The translations under genes were made by a program, and so were the position numbers. From Octopus bimaculoides (Eukaryota), in assembly GCF_001194135.2 (NCBI RefSeq), contig NC_068990.1, positions 59,939,530 to 59,973,496 on the forward strand: 33,967 nt of DNA, read 5' to 3'. Position 1 is the stretch's first letter, and the number at the start of each line of letters is the position of its first letter. Under the pieces are notes generated by a model. It was not told the origin of the DNA. It ran no database searches and saw nothing but the letters and a program-made list of their open reading frames with translations. Positions 10,557 to 22,063 of the stretch are shown piece after piece.

Positions 10557-10623
10557 GTCTGCTTGTAAATGCTTGTCTGCTTGTAAATGCTTGTCTGCTT
10601 GTAAATGCTTGTCTGTTTGTAAG
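10557..10623. repeat. 18-bp tandem repeat GTCTGCTTGTAAATGCTT x about 3.6
   Basis: Three exact copies plus a partial fourth. Confidence 0.95.
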
Positions 10624-10758
10624 TGCCAACAACTTATATGTGTTACTCCTTTCATATAGATACTTTTTCAAGTCATAAAATCATCCTAATTCCTTCTGTT
10701 ATGTATGCAGGGATCTAAGTCATAGAATCACTCAAGTTCCTTCTTTACCTTTCCTTCA

Positions 10759-10958
10759 CCCTTTTGCATTAAAACTAGCCATATTTGGCCCAAATATTTT
10801 ACCTGTTTTATGCCTCTCACACCTACCCTATGATGTCATTCTAAAAATAAACAATCACATCATTCATATCTTGAAGCTACAAGATAATACATGATTAATT
10901 CAAAACAATATGAATAAAAAAGCATTACATTTGACACAATAATCTGAATGCTAATGGG
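10759..10958. mobile_element. piggyBac-type MITE
   Basis: CCCTTTTGCATT...AATGCTAATGGG|TTAA; reverse orientation relative to 21014-21223. Confidence 0.82.
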
Positions 10959-10984
10959 TTAAATCCCAGAAAAATATTCTATAT

Positions 10985-11230
10985 CATCATCATCATCATT
11001 ATCATCATCATCATCATCATCATTTAAAGTCTATTTTCCATGCTGGCATGGGTTGGAAAGTTTGACACGAGTGGGTCAGCTGAAGAGCTGCCCAGGCTCC
11101 ATGTCTGCTTTGACTTGGTTTCTTTGGTTGGATGCCTTTCCAAACACCAACCACTTTACAGAGCATACTGGGTGCTTTTATGCAGCACATGCATTGGTGC
11201 TTTTATGTGTCATTGGCACCCACAAGCCTG
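10985..11230 (-). mobile_element. RTE LINE 3' UTR fragment with (GAT)n tail
   Basis: (CAT)n-TTTAAAGTCTATTTTCCATGCTGGCATGGGTTGG...GGATGCCTTTCCAAACACCAACCACTTTACAGAG. Confidence 0.85.
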
Positions 11231-11587
11231 TATGATTAGGAATGCTCAGGTGAAGAGGGATGCAGGGGACACGTCTGTACGCAAGGATGACCACATATTG
11301 ACCTACGCTGATATGTCTTACAAAATACCACTGCCTTAGGTGAAGCTTGAAGTCACAACCTCCGCATTGCTTCAAACTTGTGAATTAAAACAAAGAAGGT
11401 ACTGTCTATAAGTACAGTGCACTAACAGATTGTGTCCAGTCACATGATATTTGCTGTGCCAATGATTTAAAGGGAACTCAAAGATCACACAGCATTTCTT
11501 CCATGTGATTACAAAAAACAATTATTTTAAAAACAAAAAGCTTAAATTAACATATGAATTACCTATAACAACTGCATATGTTGAAAA

Positions 11588-11880
11588 TACCTGTGCTGGT
11601 GCCATATACACATAAAAAGCACTTGTACTGGTGCCACATAAAAAGTACACATGCTGGTGCCACATAAAAAGCACTTAGTACACTCTGTAAAGTGGTCAGT
11701 GTTAGGAAGGAGATCCAGCTGCAGAAACCATTCCAAAACATACAATTGGAACCTGGTTCAGCTCTCCAGCTTGCCAGCTCCTGTCAAATTGTCCAACCCA
11801 TGCCAGCATGGAAAACAGACATTAAATAATAATGATGATGGTGGTGGAGATTATAATAATGATGATGATGATGATGATGA
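11588..11880 (+). mobile_element. RTE LINE 3' UTR fragment inserted in the transposase; possible TGAAAA target-site duplication
   Basis: Three tandem CTGGTGCCACATAAAAAG-like units, CCATGCCAGCATGGAAAACAGACATTAAAT and (GAT)n. TGAAAA lies at 11582-11587 and 11881-11886 (short and AT-rich, so weak). Confidence 0.85.
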
Positions 11881-13983
11881 TGAAAACATGAAAATGTTAA
11901 ATAGCCACTTGATGTTACTTTTAGAAGAAGTTCAATATCTGTGAAGATCTGAAGGTCATTGTATTTTTGCTATTAGTATGACTGGGTTACACCAAGTGTT
12001 CTTGTGTCTTTTGATGTGAGTTGGACAGCAAAGACTATCAAAATTACAATGATCAGAAGAACTACTAAATGAATCCTACTTCACTTGTTCCAGATAAGAA
12101 AATAATGTTTTGAGCAGTTAGCATGTTGGCCCCTAAAAAGTGTCTCTTCTTACTTTGCACATCAAGCTTGGAGATATGAAAATCTTGTTATAATGATAGA
12201 TAAAGTGCAAATTGGATTCAAGTACCTGAGAAATAAGTTTCTTGGGAAAAAAGGCTTTTCTTCAAAAATTTTTGTAAGCTTGAAATCAGAAAATTGTAAA
12301 GCAATGGAATCAGGAAGTGAGTTGAAAGAATTTAAAAATCTGTGTGGTAACGTTTCAAAACATTTTGGGAAATTCCAAGGGTGAAAATTATTTTCTAAAA
12401 ATAGGTATCCTTCTTAAGAATAACCAAAGAATGCAATGAAGCACATCTTATTAAAGATACTGTATTCTATATTAGACTCTTTCTTGAACTTTTTACCTGA
12501 TAGAAGTGGGTGTGATAAGCATCAAATATGGTTCAAGATATTTCTATTATGAAAAAGTATTACTAAGGCAGCTGGAGCCCAGTTTACTTGCTGACTACTA
12601 GCAGACTCTAAAGAGAGGCATACCTAAGGCAAAGTACAGCAGGAAATGAAGCCAAGTTATTTTTTAAAATACAGCTATGTATTTTCCATTGTATTTTAAT
12701 AAATGTGTAACTAGATGTCTTTAAAAATTAGATTGAACACCACACAAAAGTCTGACCTGATATAGAAATATAACAAACTTATTTGGACTCAGCACAAAAA
12801 TTACTATAAGAATCAGCTATTTTCATTCTTGTGAAAAAAAAAATGTTGTTTTGTTCCCCTGTGTAATTAATTTTATATTTTTCAAAATGCTTTCCCATTG
12901 TCTAAGAGCTTACTTTGTAATGAATTCTTATTTATATAAAACTATTGTATGAAGGAAAAAGAAAATTATGTTCCTTACAATTTGTAGAAGCAAATTTTGG
13001 GAAATTTAAAAATCAGGACAATTAGAGGAGAGAGTAACTCATTGAAAAGTAAGGCATAGCTTTGAGAGTAGATTTTAATGACTTGAAATATGGACAAGTT
13101 TAAATATATTGATGTGACAAGCCTATATTTCAGCTCCATTATCCAAAATCATGGTAATATAAGAGTGGTATGCTCTAGTGTTTAATTTATTTCCACATTA
13201 TAAAACAAATCTAAACTTGCAAGAGAAGTATATGAGCAACTTGTACTTGCATCTAATGCTTCAAACATAGTTTTATCTAAACGTTGTTGCAATGCAGAAG
13301 TTTTCAATTAAGAAATTGTGCCATAATTATAGATATTTGAAGTGAAACAACTTAAAGTTTGTAGTCTTAAATACTTTGATTTAATGAAAATAAAATCCTT
13401 TCCTTGTTTTAGTCCTGTAACTGTTCAAGATGAAAATGAAAATTACAACTGATGAAAATTTGAATGCCAATTTGTGTACAGAAATACCAAGATATTATTG
13501 AGAATTCCTGCTTTTAACTAGACTTTCTTAAAAAATTTGGTTTTATCCTAATCTCAAATTAGTTGATTTAGATGGTATGTGCTTTTCAATTATTTAATTA
13601 GACAATATTTCTTACTATTAGCATGAATTTATGAGCTAAATTAACCCTCTGTCTAGTATGCAACATCAAATTAGAGAGTGATTTCACTATTTGTCAGTTA
13701 TTTCTGTGTAAACCTTAGTTGTCTACTTTGTAGTAAACAAAGGGTCTTCTATAGCAGTTTGAAAACTTTGTTATAATTAAATAACTAAAATTTTTAAAGG
13801 TATTCTAATAGGGTAAGTGGAATTTAGAGACTTCAGTTTTAATCCAGTTTTCTTTTCTAGAAAGCCATGTTTTTAAAACCTTAATTTAGAAACTAAATAT
13901 GTAACATTTTCTTTGGTAACTTGAATTTTCTCAACAGTGAAATATATAATTCATACAATTTTATTTGGGATACAGATGTTTAA

Positions 13984-14190
13984 CCCTTTAGCATTCAGAT
14001 TCCTCTGTTAAATGTAATGCTTATTTATACATGTTGATAAAAATTAGTCATGCATTACCTTGTAGCTCTGAGATTTCAAGGATGTGATTGTTTATTTTTA
14101 GAGTAATATTGTAGGGTAAGTGTGAGAGGATGGATCTGGCCAGTCTGAAGGTAAAATAGGTAAATTATTTTATCCGAATATAGCTAGTTG
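13984..14190. mobile_element. piggyBac-type MITE, right end decayed
   Basis: TTAA|CCCTTTAGCATTCAGATT...; body colinear with 21014-21223. Confidence 0.8.
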
Positions 14191-14384
14191 AGATACAATT
14201 TTTTCTTTTATTCATTATTGATTCTTATAATTGGCACAAAATCAAAAATATGTTGGAGAGAAGTATTTACAAGATTAAAATATTGAACATTGTGGAAGAG
14301 AACGAAATGCTGGTCCAACTGCCTACCATTCTTGCCACACTTCTTTGCCTTAATTTTTATCAAACAAATGAAAAAAAAAAAAAA

Positions 14385-14672
14385 CTCTGACCAATGGAAC
14401 AGATTACTCATTAAATTAACATGCAAGTGACTGAGCAGTCCTCAGACACGTGTACCCTTAACGTTGTTCTCAGGGAGATTCAGTGTGACACAGAATGTGA
14501 CAAGGCTGGTCCTTTGAAATACATGTGCTACTCATTTTTGTCAGCTGAGTTGACTGGAGCAACATGAAATAAAGTGTCTTACTCAAGAGCACAATACTCC
14601 TCCAGGAATCGAACTCACAACTATATGATCCTGAGTTGAATACCTTAACCACTAAGCCATATATACCCTCAC
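14385..14672 (-). mobile_element. tRNA-head SINE, family 'C'
   Basis: CAGACACGTGTACCCTTAACG..TTCTCAGGGAGATTCAGTGTGACAC block shared with 22062-22449; minus-strand B-box-like GAGTTCGATTCC. Confidence 0.82.
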
Positions 14673-14792
14673 AATCAAACAAATGGGGTTCATATTAATT
14701 GTTTTGGCAAAATAATTGAAACCCAGTAACAAAGTTATTTTACCACTTTTAAAAGTATTAACTAATAATTTCTTTCTGGCAATATTTCTGAT

Positions 14793-14998
14793 CCAGTGTG
14801 CTAATGATTCTGCCAGCAAGCTAAGCATTTCATCTGTCTTCGTGGTCTGAGTTCAAATTCCTCTGAGGTCGATTTTGCATGTCATCCTTTCAGGGTTAAA
14901 GAAATAAGCACCAGTTGAATACTGGGGTCACTGTAATCGCTTTACCCCCCCCCCCCAAGAAATTGCTGGCCTCGTGCCAAAATTTTTGAAATCAATAA
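14793..14998 (+). mobile_element. Family A SINE whose first about 25 nt are inverted
   Basis: 14793-14817 is the reverse complement of the head GCTGGCAGAATCATTAGCACACTGG; the body from about 14823 is forward. Confidence 0.75.
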
Positions 14999-15011
14999 TT
15001 CTAATACAAGG

Positions 15012-15248
15012 AAGGCAGCAAGTGGGCAAAATTGCTAGCATGCTGAGCAAAATGCTGAGCAAAATGCTTAGCAATATTTCGTTTATCTATAATACACCCT
15101 GAGTTCAAATTCTGCTGAGGTCAAAGTTTACCTTTCATCCTTCTTGGGTCGATAAAATAAATACCAATTGAGCACTGGGATTAATTTAATTGACTTAGCT
15201 CCTCCCCAAAACTACTGACTTTGGTGACAAAATTTGAAACCAATATTT
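15012..15248 (+). mobile_element. Family A SINE with an internal 12-bp duplication (AAAATGCTGAGC)
   Basis: GAGTTCAAATTCTGCTGAGGTC...CCTTTCATCCTTCTTGGGTCGATAAAATAAATACCA. Confidence 0.82.
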
Positions 15249-15350
15249 CGGATACAGCAGTGGTTGTATACTTTTTTGTGTTTTTTCTGTTGACAACACA
15301 AATAGGTTGATGGATACAGGTTTCAGATTTATCATTAAACTATCGATTAT

Positions 15351-15385
<35 letters not shown>

Positions 15386-15435
15386 TGTTGTAGTTGTCAC
15401 TTTCATAATTGTTATCATCACTGTCATTGTTGTCG

Positions 15436-15780
15436 GACAAGGATGGCTGTGTAAAGAAGTGCCGATCTCTAATTGTGGAGCAAACCTGTGGAATGGGTAG
15501 ACCCAGGAAGTCATGGGACAAGGTGGTGAATCATGATCTTTAAGTGTTGGGCCTCACGAAGGCAATGACAAGTGACCGGGACCTTTGGTTATATGACGTA
15601 CTTGAGAAAACCCATGAAGCCAAGAGAAATTGTAGTTGTCGCCGATGCCAGTGTTGCGTACCTAGCACCCGTGTTATTGGCACATAAAAAGAACCCATTA
15701 CACTCTTGGAGTGGTTGGCATTATGAAGGGCATCCAGGTGTAGAAACCATGCCAAATCAGATTGGAACCTAGTGTAGCCC
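15436..15780 (+). pseudogene. RTE-clade LINE 3' fragment: ORF C-terminus plus the start of the 3' UTR
   Basis: Frame from 15436: DKDGCVKKCRSLIVEQTCGMGRPRKSWDKVVNHDL*VLGLTKAMTSDRDLW. The GRPRK.W.D...DL...D..W pattern is typical of RTE ORF ends. It runs straight into the GGCACATAAAAAG...GGCATCCAG.TGTAGAAACC UTR shared with the tail fragments. Confidence 0.88.
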
Positions 15781-16147
15781 TACTCTTTAGTATTTCAAGA
15801 TAATTTTATGTAATTTTGGCAAATATACCTGTTAAAATGAGATGCCAGTGTTATTTTCATTTTTGCATCATTTAGACAACAATATATTCACTGAGCCTGT
15901 ATATATATGTAGAGGCAATTCTCTGCATAATTGATCCCTCAACTTGATCCCTTTAATAGTTTTTCTTTTCTTTGTGGAATCAATCCCCTGTAAACACATT
16001 GGTGTCTAAGTTTGAATCTTTTGAGCACTAATAAGTGACGTCTATACAGAGAACCTCTGGATTTCATCTGTGGACTATGTATGTATGTATGTATGTATGT
16101 ATGTATGCATGTATGTATGTATGCATGCATGTATGTATATATGTATG

Positions 16148-16315
16148 TATGTCTGATGGGCTTCCTTCAGTTTCTGTCTATGATATCCATTCACAAGGCT
16201 TTGTTTGGCCCAAGGTTATAATAGAAGACACCTGCCAAAGGTGCCATGTAATGAGACCGAACCCAGAAATATGTAGTTGGGAAGCAAATTTCTTACTACA
16301 CTGCTATGACACATA
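16148..16315 (-). mobile_element. Family B SINE head
   Basis: GGGCTTCCTTCAGTTTCTGTCTA..ATATCCATTCACAAGGCTTTG...GAAGACACCTGCCAAAGGTGCCA; reverse of the B head. Confidence 0.8.
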
Positions 16316-16329
16316 CATGTAAATTTGTA

Positions 16330-16367
<38 letters not shown>

Positions 16368-16419
16368 AATGTGTGTGAATGTGTGTATGAGTGTATTTGT
16401 GTTTACACTGCATTAGAAA

Positions 16420-16605
16420 ATGTTGTTGTTTATATTGTGTCTCTTTATGTCCTGTAACTTGACAGATTGACAAATAGTAATGTAGATAAAATATATACCT
16501 GACTGAAATAAACTCTGGAGTTAATATTATCAAGATTGCAGGTGGTGCTTTACCATGGCTTCCATCCAATGATTGAAACCAGCAAAAGAATAAGAAAATT
16601 AAATT
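16420..16605 (+). mobile_element. Diverged D-tail module
   Basis: TTTATGTCCTGTAACTT...GGTGGTGCTTTACCATGGC...ATGATTGAAACCAGCAAAAGAATAA. Confidence 0.6.
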
Positions 16606-16782
16606 ATATGCAGATAAGATTAAACCTATACCAATGGTGGTGGTGGATGATGCTGATTATCATACTCATCAATGAAACTCAAAAAAAAAAACAAAAAAAC
16701 TTAGTAATGTATCCAGTAAGTCAACACAAGTTTGAATAGCATTTATGTTGAGTGCTCAATCAATGATAGTATAATTGAGGAT

Positions 16783-16791
16783 AACAACAAC

Positions 16792-16848
<57 letters not shown>

Positions 16849-16942
16849 GGTGACAGTGGTGGTGGTGAGGTTGATGGTGTTGGTAGTGGTGGTGACAATG
16901 ATGATAATTATAATGATGATGATGGATGATGATGATGATGAA
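16783..16942. repeat. (GAT)n/(GGT)n trinucleotide microsatellite
   Basis: Directly visible; source of the poly-D/M/G ORFs. Confidence 0.95.
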
Positions 16943-19261
16943 AGTTATTCAGATAATGTTATTGATTTGTCACGAGACTATAACTTTATAGGGGAGGGAT
17001 ATAGTCACATGAATCAATTCCAGTACATAAACAAGTTTTGTTTTTTTTCTCTGCTAACCAATGAAGACTTAAAGGGAAAATGAACCCTAATAGGGATTCG
17101 AACTTACTGGTCCCAACGGGACAACGTTTCTGAATCATATTGCAAATGGAATGCAAATTGCTTCATCAAACTTGCCTGCAGCATAGCTCTCAAGTGCAAG
17201 TTCTTGGAAGTTTCAAATCTCATATCAATTCCAGCTAATTGCAACATTTAACAAGTATATATAACCACAACATTTGAACTATAAACAAAGAAGACAAATT
17301 TATACTGTTAGACATTTAGTCTACTAGTATACTATTTCTACCATTACCCATTACTAATTGCTCAATTCTAATTGACATATTAATAAGAAGAATTGTGACA
17401 ATTAGAATAATAGTGATGGTGATGCATCAAAATTTGATGTGTAAATGTAAGAAATGTGAAAAAAAAAAAAAAATGAACATTCTGTTGCTTTATTTAGTCA
17501 TCTGATAAATTGTTTTTAGGGGATGACTATTTCTGTATGCTTGTCTTTATTCCCTATATGTCTTCAAGTAGTCCTTCATCTATATATCTGTGTGCGTATC
17601 CTCACAAACTCACGTCATTATCAATATGCTATAAATCAATCCATGAGAAAATTAAGTGTGCACTGACAAAGTTTTGTACCTGCTGACTTCACTGTTCAAA
17701 TAGAATGCAATATTAAAGCTTGGCTTATGCTGCTTTCCAATAAATCCAACAATTTGAAGATAAAGAAGTTAATTAAATCATTTCTCATGAATGACTGCAT
17801 TGTTGGCACTCCCTCCTTGCGTTATCTCAGAAGCATTTAGTGCACAATCTGGCAACAGATGCACTTGCAAATTAGTTTTGTGAATTTCTTTTACAGTGGA
17901 GCATTCAAGTATTTCAAATCTGATGCACTACATTACAGGCCTTTATGAAATAAACTACTTGTTTTCATTTACAGCTTCTGGAAAAGGCAGAGAGTTTGTC
18001 TGTTGTCTAGAATAGGGGCTCTCAAATTTGGTTACGTGAAGTTTAGAAAAATCACTGCAAATTTGAAGTAACCACAACCAACTAAATGTCACTCTTGTGT
18101 TTTGTAAGCCAGGCATTCAGCTTGCAAGAGTCAACACTAGACATGTAATTTGATTATTCTTATTTGCCTTGCTTATTGCTACTTTCAGCAAGCTGTTTCC
18201 ATGTCAGAAGTTAATAATCTTTGTACCACCAGAAAACTTCTTTCTTATATCTTTGATAAGTACTTGCAAATTCATTCTGGTTTTTCCCAACCAAAGACCT
18301 GCAGTTGTAGGTATGTATGGCAAGGGCTGTTAACCGATTCTTTGGTGGCCTATGGGTGTACCTCAGATTCTTAGCAGCCTCTGATTGCTTGGATTTCATT
18401 CAGCCACCATGGAGCAGTCCAAATGACCTGCAGGATACTGAGGCTCATTTCCTTGCATTGTTTTGTTTTTCAAGACGAAGCCACTTTGATGGCTAGGTGG
18501 GCAAGTCTCTTATTACCTCTTCAGTTAAGCAATTTGGGTCATGATGGAAAATGATAATGTAATCAAGACAGAAGTGAGAACACATCATGACCAGTGGTGT
18601 ATAACAGCATCTGATGGTCTGATCATTACATGAAATATATAATCTGATTGATAACTGTGTTGATTTGATTGAAAGCAAGTGTTTTTTTTTATAAGTTTGT
18701 TAAATCTTAATGCTATTTTAACATCTAGATCAGTTTGGAGATATTCAGCTAATTACTTGAATATTTATTTTTCATCTAGGTAATTTTGGTGACCCGAGGA
18801 AGGGAAAAGTAGCCATGCAGTGAATCATATATTGAATGTGGTTTTACTGGTACAAGAAAGAGTGAAAGAGATTTTCCACAATGCATTGTGTATCATAAAG
18901 TCCTCTCAAATTATTCAGTAAAGTTAAGTTTTCTGAAACAGTATTTCTCAATTTATCATTTTGATCAAGCTGGCAAAGAACATTAAAATTTCAATTAGAA
19001 GAAACACATTTTATGCGCGCGCTCGTGTGTGTGATAATAATGAAGTCAAACCAATTTTGAAATCATTTAATATGCATGTTTCAGGTTTGCATAATATATA
19101 ATAGGAAATGCACCCATTATGTAAACCTTCCTCAGCTAAAACATTTTAACATATGAAAGAATTGATTGAAATATTTCAATATAAATGGTTATAGCAGTAA
19201 GTTGGCTACTGAGTTAGGGGGATGGATATGTATATAAAGGGGAAGAAAGATGGAGTTTAGA

Positions 19262-19333
<72 letters not shown>
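19262..19333. repeat. (GA)n microsatellite
   Basis: Directly visible. Confidence 0.97.
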
Positions 19334-19336
<3 letters not shown>

Positions 19337-20884
19337 TAAACAATTATATATACTGAGAAAAGGTTGAAAATGTGTTAAATTTTTATATATGTATATATTT
19401 TTTGTTTAATTAAAATAAGTTTAACTTCTTAATATAAGGAGTAGCTTTTTCTAAGTATTTATGTATATATAAAAATAAAAATATATTTTCACATAACAAA
19501 TGGTTTTTCACATAATAAATAGTTTTACTGAAAATATACCTGTGTTTATATTCACAAAGTAAGATAGTTAACACAATAGATAACACAAATAAAATGAAGA
19601 GAAGGAAACAAAGAATCACATGTATTCAAGTCTTTTGTATTGAAAAAGGCCTTAACAAAAACATTTTTGAGTGTGTGCTGTGGCCAAAAGTGGTTTTGTA
19701 GTAGAAGAAAAATCATATTTGACTGACCAGAATCCAGTTTGCACTGATGTTCAGCTCATCAAAGTTTTGAGTGATTTTTCCATAACATGTAAGCACCATG
19801 TATGGATTAATATATATCATAGAAGGTAAAGCTAAAAATCGAATGCTCAGTTTATATTGAAATAAATTTTTGGTAACTGAATGTTTAGATCACTTTGCAG
19901 TTAAAACCTTGTATGAGGATGTGAGATAATCTTTAACCCTTTAGAATTTATCAAAATGAAGACCACATTCATTAAATGATGGGGTGGTAAAGATATAGGA
20001 CATTAAATTTGATAATGCTAGAGAGGTGAGAGAATTTTTCTTAAATAATGGCATTCATTTTGTCTGTCATTCTACTCTGTGATACGACTTGGGCAATTCT
20101 GTGAATATTACAAGGAGCTATATTTCTTCACATAGCTTTTGGCACAGATTGAATGAAGTATATTTATTTCTAATATAATAGTTCAATAACTTATCCATCA
20201 TTCACACAGTCCCTGTTAATTTCATATCATATTGTCAGCTAAATGATTGAAGAAATCTGTTTTCTTTCTAAAAAAAAAATTCTTTGATGTTTGTAGCTAT
20301 TCTTTCTTTCATATCTACTTTTACTAATAACATTTAATATTTACTTTGCTTGGAACTTTTTTAGTGTTTTGTATACTCAACCTATTTAAAGACATTTTGA
20401 GACTCAACCTATTCAAAAAAATACTATCAAAAAACTATCATTTGAATGTTATTTATGTTTAAAATCTATGACATATATAATAGCTAAAGGTTCAGGATTT
20501 CAACTCGTATCTTAATGAATTCAAACTTCACTGCATGAGTTGACAAGGCATAAACAAACAGAAAACAAAAAAAACTTTGCTTCCCAACTTGCTTGATGGA
20601 TAACAGGTTCTCTTGTACTTCATGGTTGAATGGTTATAGCAGTAGAAAAGACAGCAACTACAACAGCAGTAGCAGTGACTACCACAAAATTCTTAAACAT
20701 GCAGACAAAAAAACTGGAAATAAAAGTGAACAAAAATATCTAGTTATACCTTCAACTTATATGAATTTGTAATAAAAAGAATGGATTTTTTTAATATTGT
20801 CATTTGTTAGTCAAAGATTTCTCAACCTTTTGTGATTTGAATATAAAAAACTGACAGGTAAAATTTGACTTTAATTATATATTT

Positions 20885-21000
20885 AGTTGTTATTGTTGTT
20901 TAGTCCCAGAATAATCTTGCTTGAGCAAAACTATGATCATTTGTGTTTCCATCAAGACCATTTTCTGTTTTTGTGTATCAAGGACTACATCAGCTTATGT
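20885..21000 (-). mobile_element. Diverged copy of the (CAA)n-tailed retroelement end seen at 2042-2471
   Basis: GTTGTTATTGTTGTTTAGTCCCAG...CTATGATCA...AAGACCAT is the reverse of the 2140-2215 block. Confidence 0.55.
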
Positions 21001-21013
21001 GCTCTTTATTTAA

Positions 21014-21223
21014 CCCTTTAGCATTTAGATTACTCTGTCAAATGTAATGCACATTGTTTTGAGTTAATAAAACGTTGTCATGTTTCTTTGAGATTTCAAT
21101 GATCTGATTGTTTATTTTTAGAATGTTATTGTAGGTTAGGTGTGAGAGGTTGGGTCTAGTTAGATTGAACACAAAACAGGTAGAATATTTGGACTTGATA
21201 TAGTTGATTTGAGTGCTAAAGTG
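21014..21223. mobile_element. Intact 210-bp piggyBac-type MITE with TTAA on both sides
   Basis: TTAA(21010-21013)|CCCTTTAGCATT...GTGCTAAAGTG|TTAA(21224-21227). Confidence 0.88.
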
Positions 21224-21317
21224 TTAAAACAATTGTGTATGATGATTTGAGGGTCATTTGCCTGTTAGTTCTATTGGGACAAGTGATCAAATAGAAGCTT
21301 CATCATTAATTTGTAAT

Positions 21318-21476
21318 CACCACCATCACCACCACCACCACCACCACCACAACCACAAACACCACGAACACTGCTGCTGCCACTGCTGCCATCGTTGCCG
21401 CCACCACCACCACCACCACCACTCAAACACCACCAACACTGCTGCTGCCGACACGATCCCCACCACCACCACCACC

Positions 21477-21510
<34 letters not shown>

Positions 21511-21620
21511 CCACCATCATCATCATCGTTATTTTAACATCTGCTTTTCCATGCTCGCAAGGGTATGATGAAATTTGTTGAGGTAGTTTTTTCTGCAGCC
21601 TGATGCCCTTCCTGCAGTTA
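21318..21620 (-). mobile_element. RTE 3' tail fragment (about 21530-21620) with a greatly expanded (CAT/CAC)n tail (21318-21530)
   Basis: TTTTAACATCTGCTTTTCCATGCT.GCA.GGGT directly follows the (CAT)n/(CAC)n tract. Confidence 0.75.
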
Positions 21621-21722
21621 TATTTGCAAAGTGTATATTAATTGGCCACTTTCTTTACTTGAAAAATCGTAGCTCTTTGAGATTACCATTTTGTCATTTA
21701 ATATCATAGCTAACTAACTGTA

Positions 21723-21942
21723 GGGTGGCAACTGGCAGAATTGTTAGCACACTGGGTAAAATGCTTTGTGGTATTTTGCCTATCTTTATATTCTGTGTTC
21801 AAATTCTGCTGAGGGCAACTTTGCTTTTCATCCTTTTGCTGTTGATAAAATAGGTACCAGTTTAACACTGGGCTCAATGTTATCAACTTATCCTCTCTCC
21901 TGAAATTGCTGGCCTTGTGCCAAAATTTGAAATCAGTATCAT
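21723..21942 (+). mobile_element. Family A SINE
   Basis: CTGGCAGAATTGTTAGCACACTGG...GTTCAAATTCTGCTGAGG.CAACTTTGC.TTTCATCCTTT...GATAAAATAGGTACCAG. Confidence 0.85.
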
Positions 21943-22016
21943 TACCAAGAATTCTAGATACAAATATAACTTTCCAGTCTGGGTACAAAAGCTGTAACTT
22001 TCAAATTAGTGTGTGT

Positions 22017-22061
<45 letters not shown>

Positions 22062-22063
<2 letters not shown>

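Larger units (their letters stand above)
10679..12650 (+). pseudogene. Interrupted, frameshifted transposase of the Chapaev3-like element
   Basis: Motifs in colinear order: NHPNSFCYVC (10679-10708); ENMK..MLLLEEVQY (about 11882-11938); NICEDLKVI..LGYTKCSC..CELDSKD; LHIKLGDMK (about 12155-12180); GFKYLRNKF; QDISIMKKYY*GSWSP, LADY, IPKAKYSRK* (about 12535-12650). Many stops. Confidence 0.82.
9688..12863 (+). mobile_element. Fossil Chapaev3-like (CMC group) DNA transposon with both termini and four nested insertions
   Basis: 5' end TTA|CACTGAACAACAA, 3' end TTTTGTTCCCCTGTG|TAA. Subterminal TGCTGAATCTGAATA matches the reverse complement TGCTGAGTCCAAATA. Transposase motifs occur in order between the ends. 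The family name is recalled from the motif set, not searched. Confidence 0.78.

Noticed and set aside
11588-11680. Short direct repeats with spacers as a CRISPR array
   Set aside because: Eukaryotic context, units abut without unique spacers, and they are part of the RTE 3' UTR.
12193-12384. 63-aa ORF as a stand-alone gene
   Set aside because: It is an open stretch within the frameshifted Chapaev3-like transposase.
17081-17125. GGGATTCGAAC as a B-box or tRNA fragment
   Set aside because: Isolated 11-mer without an A-box or stems.
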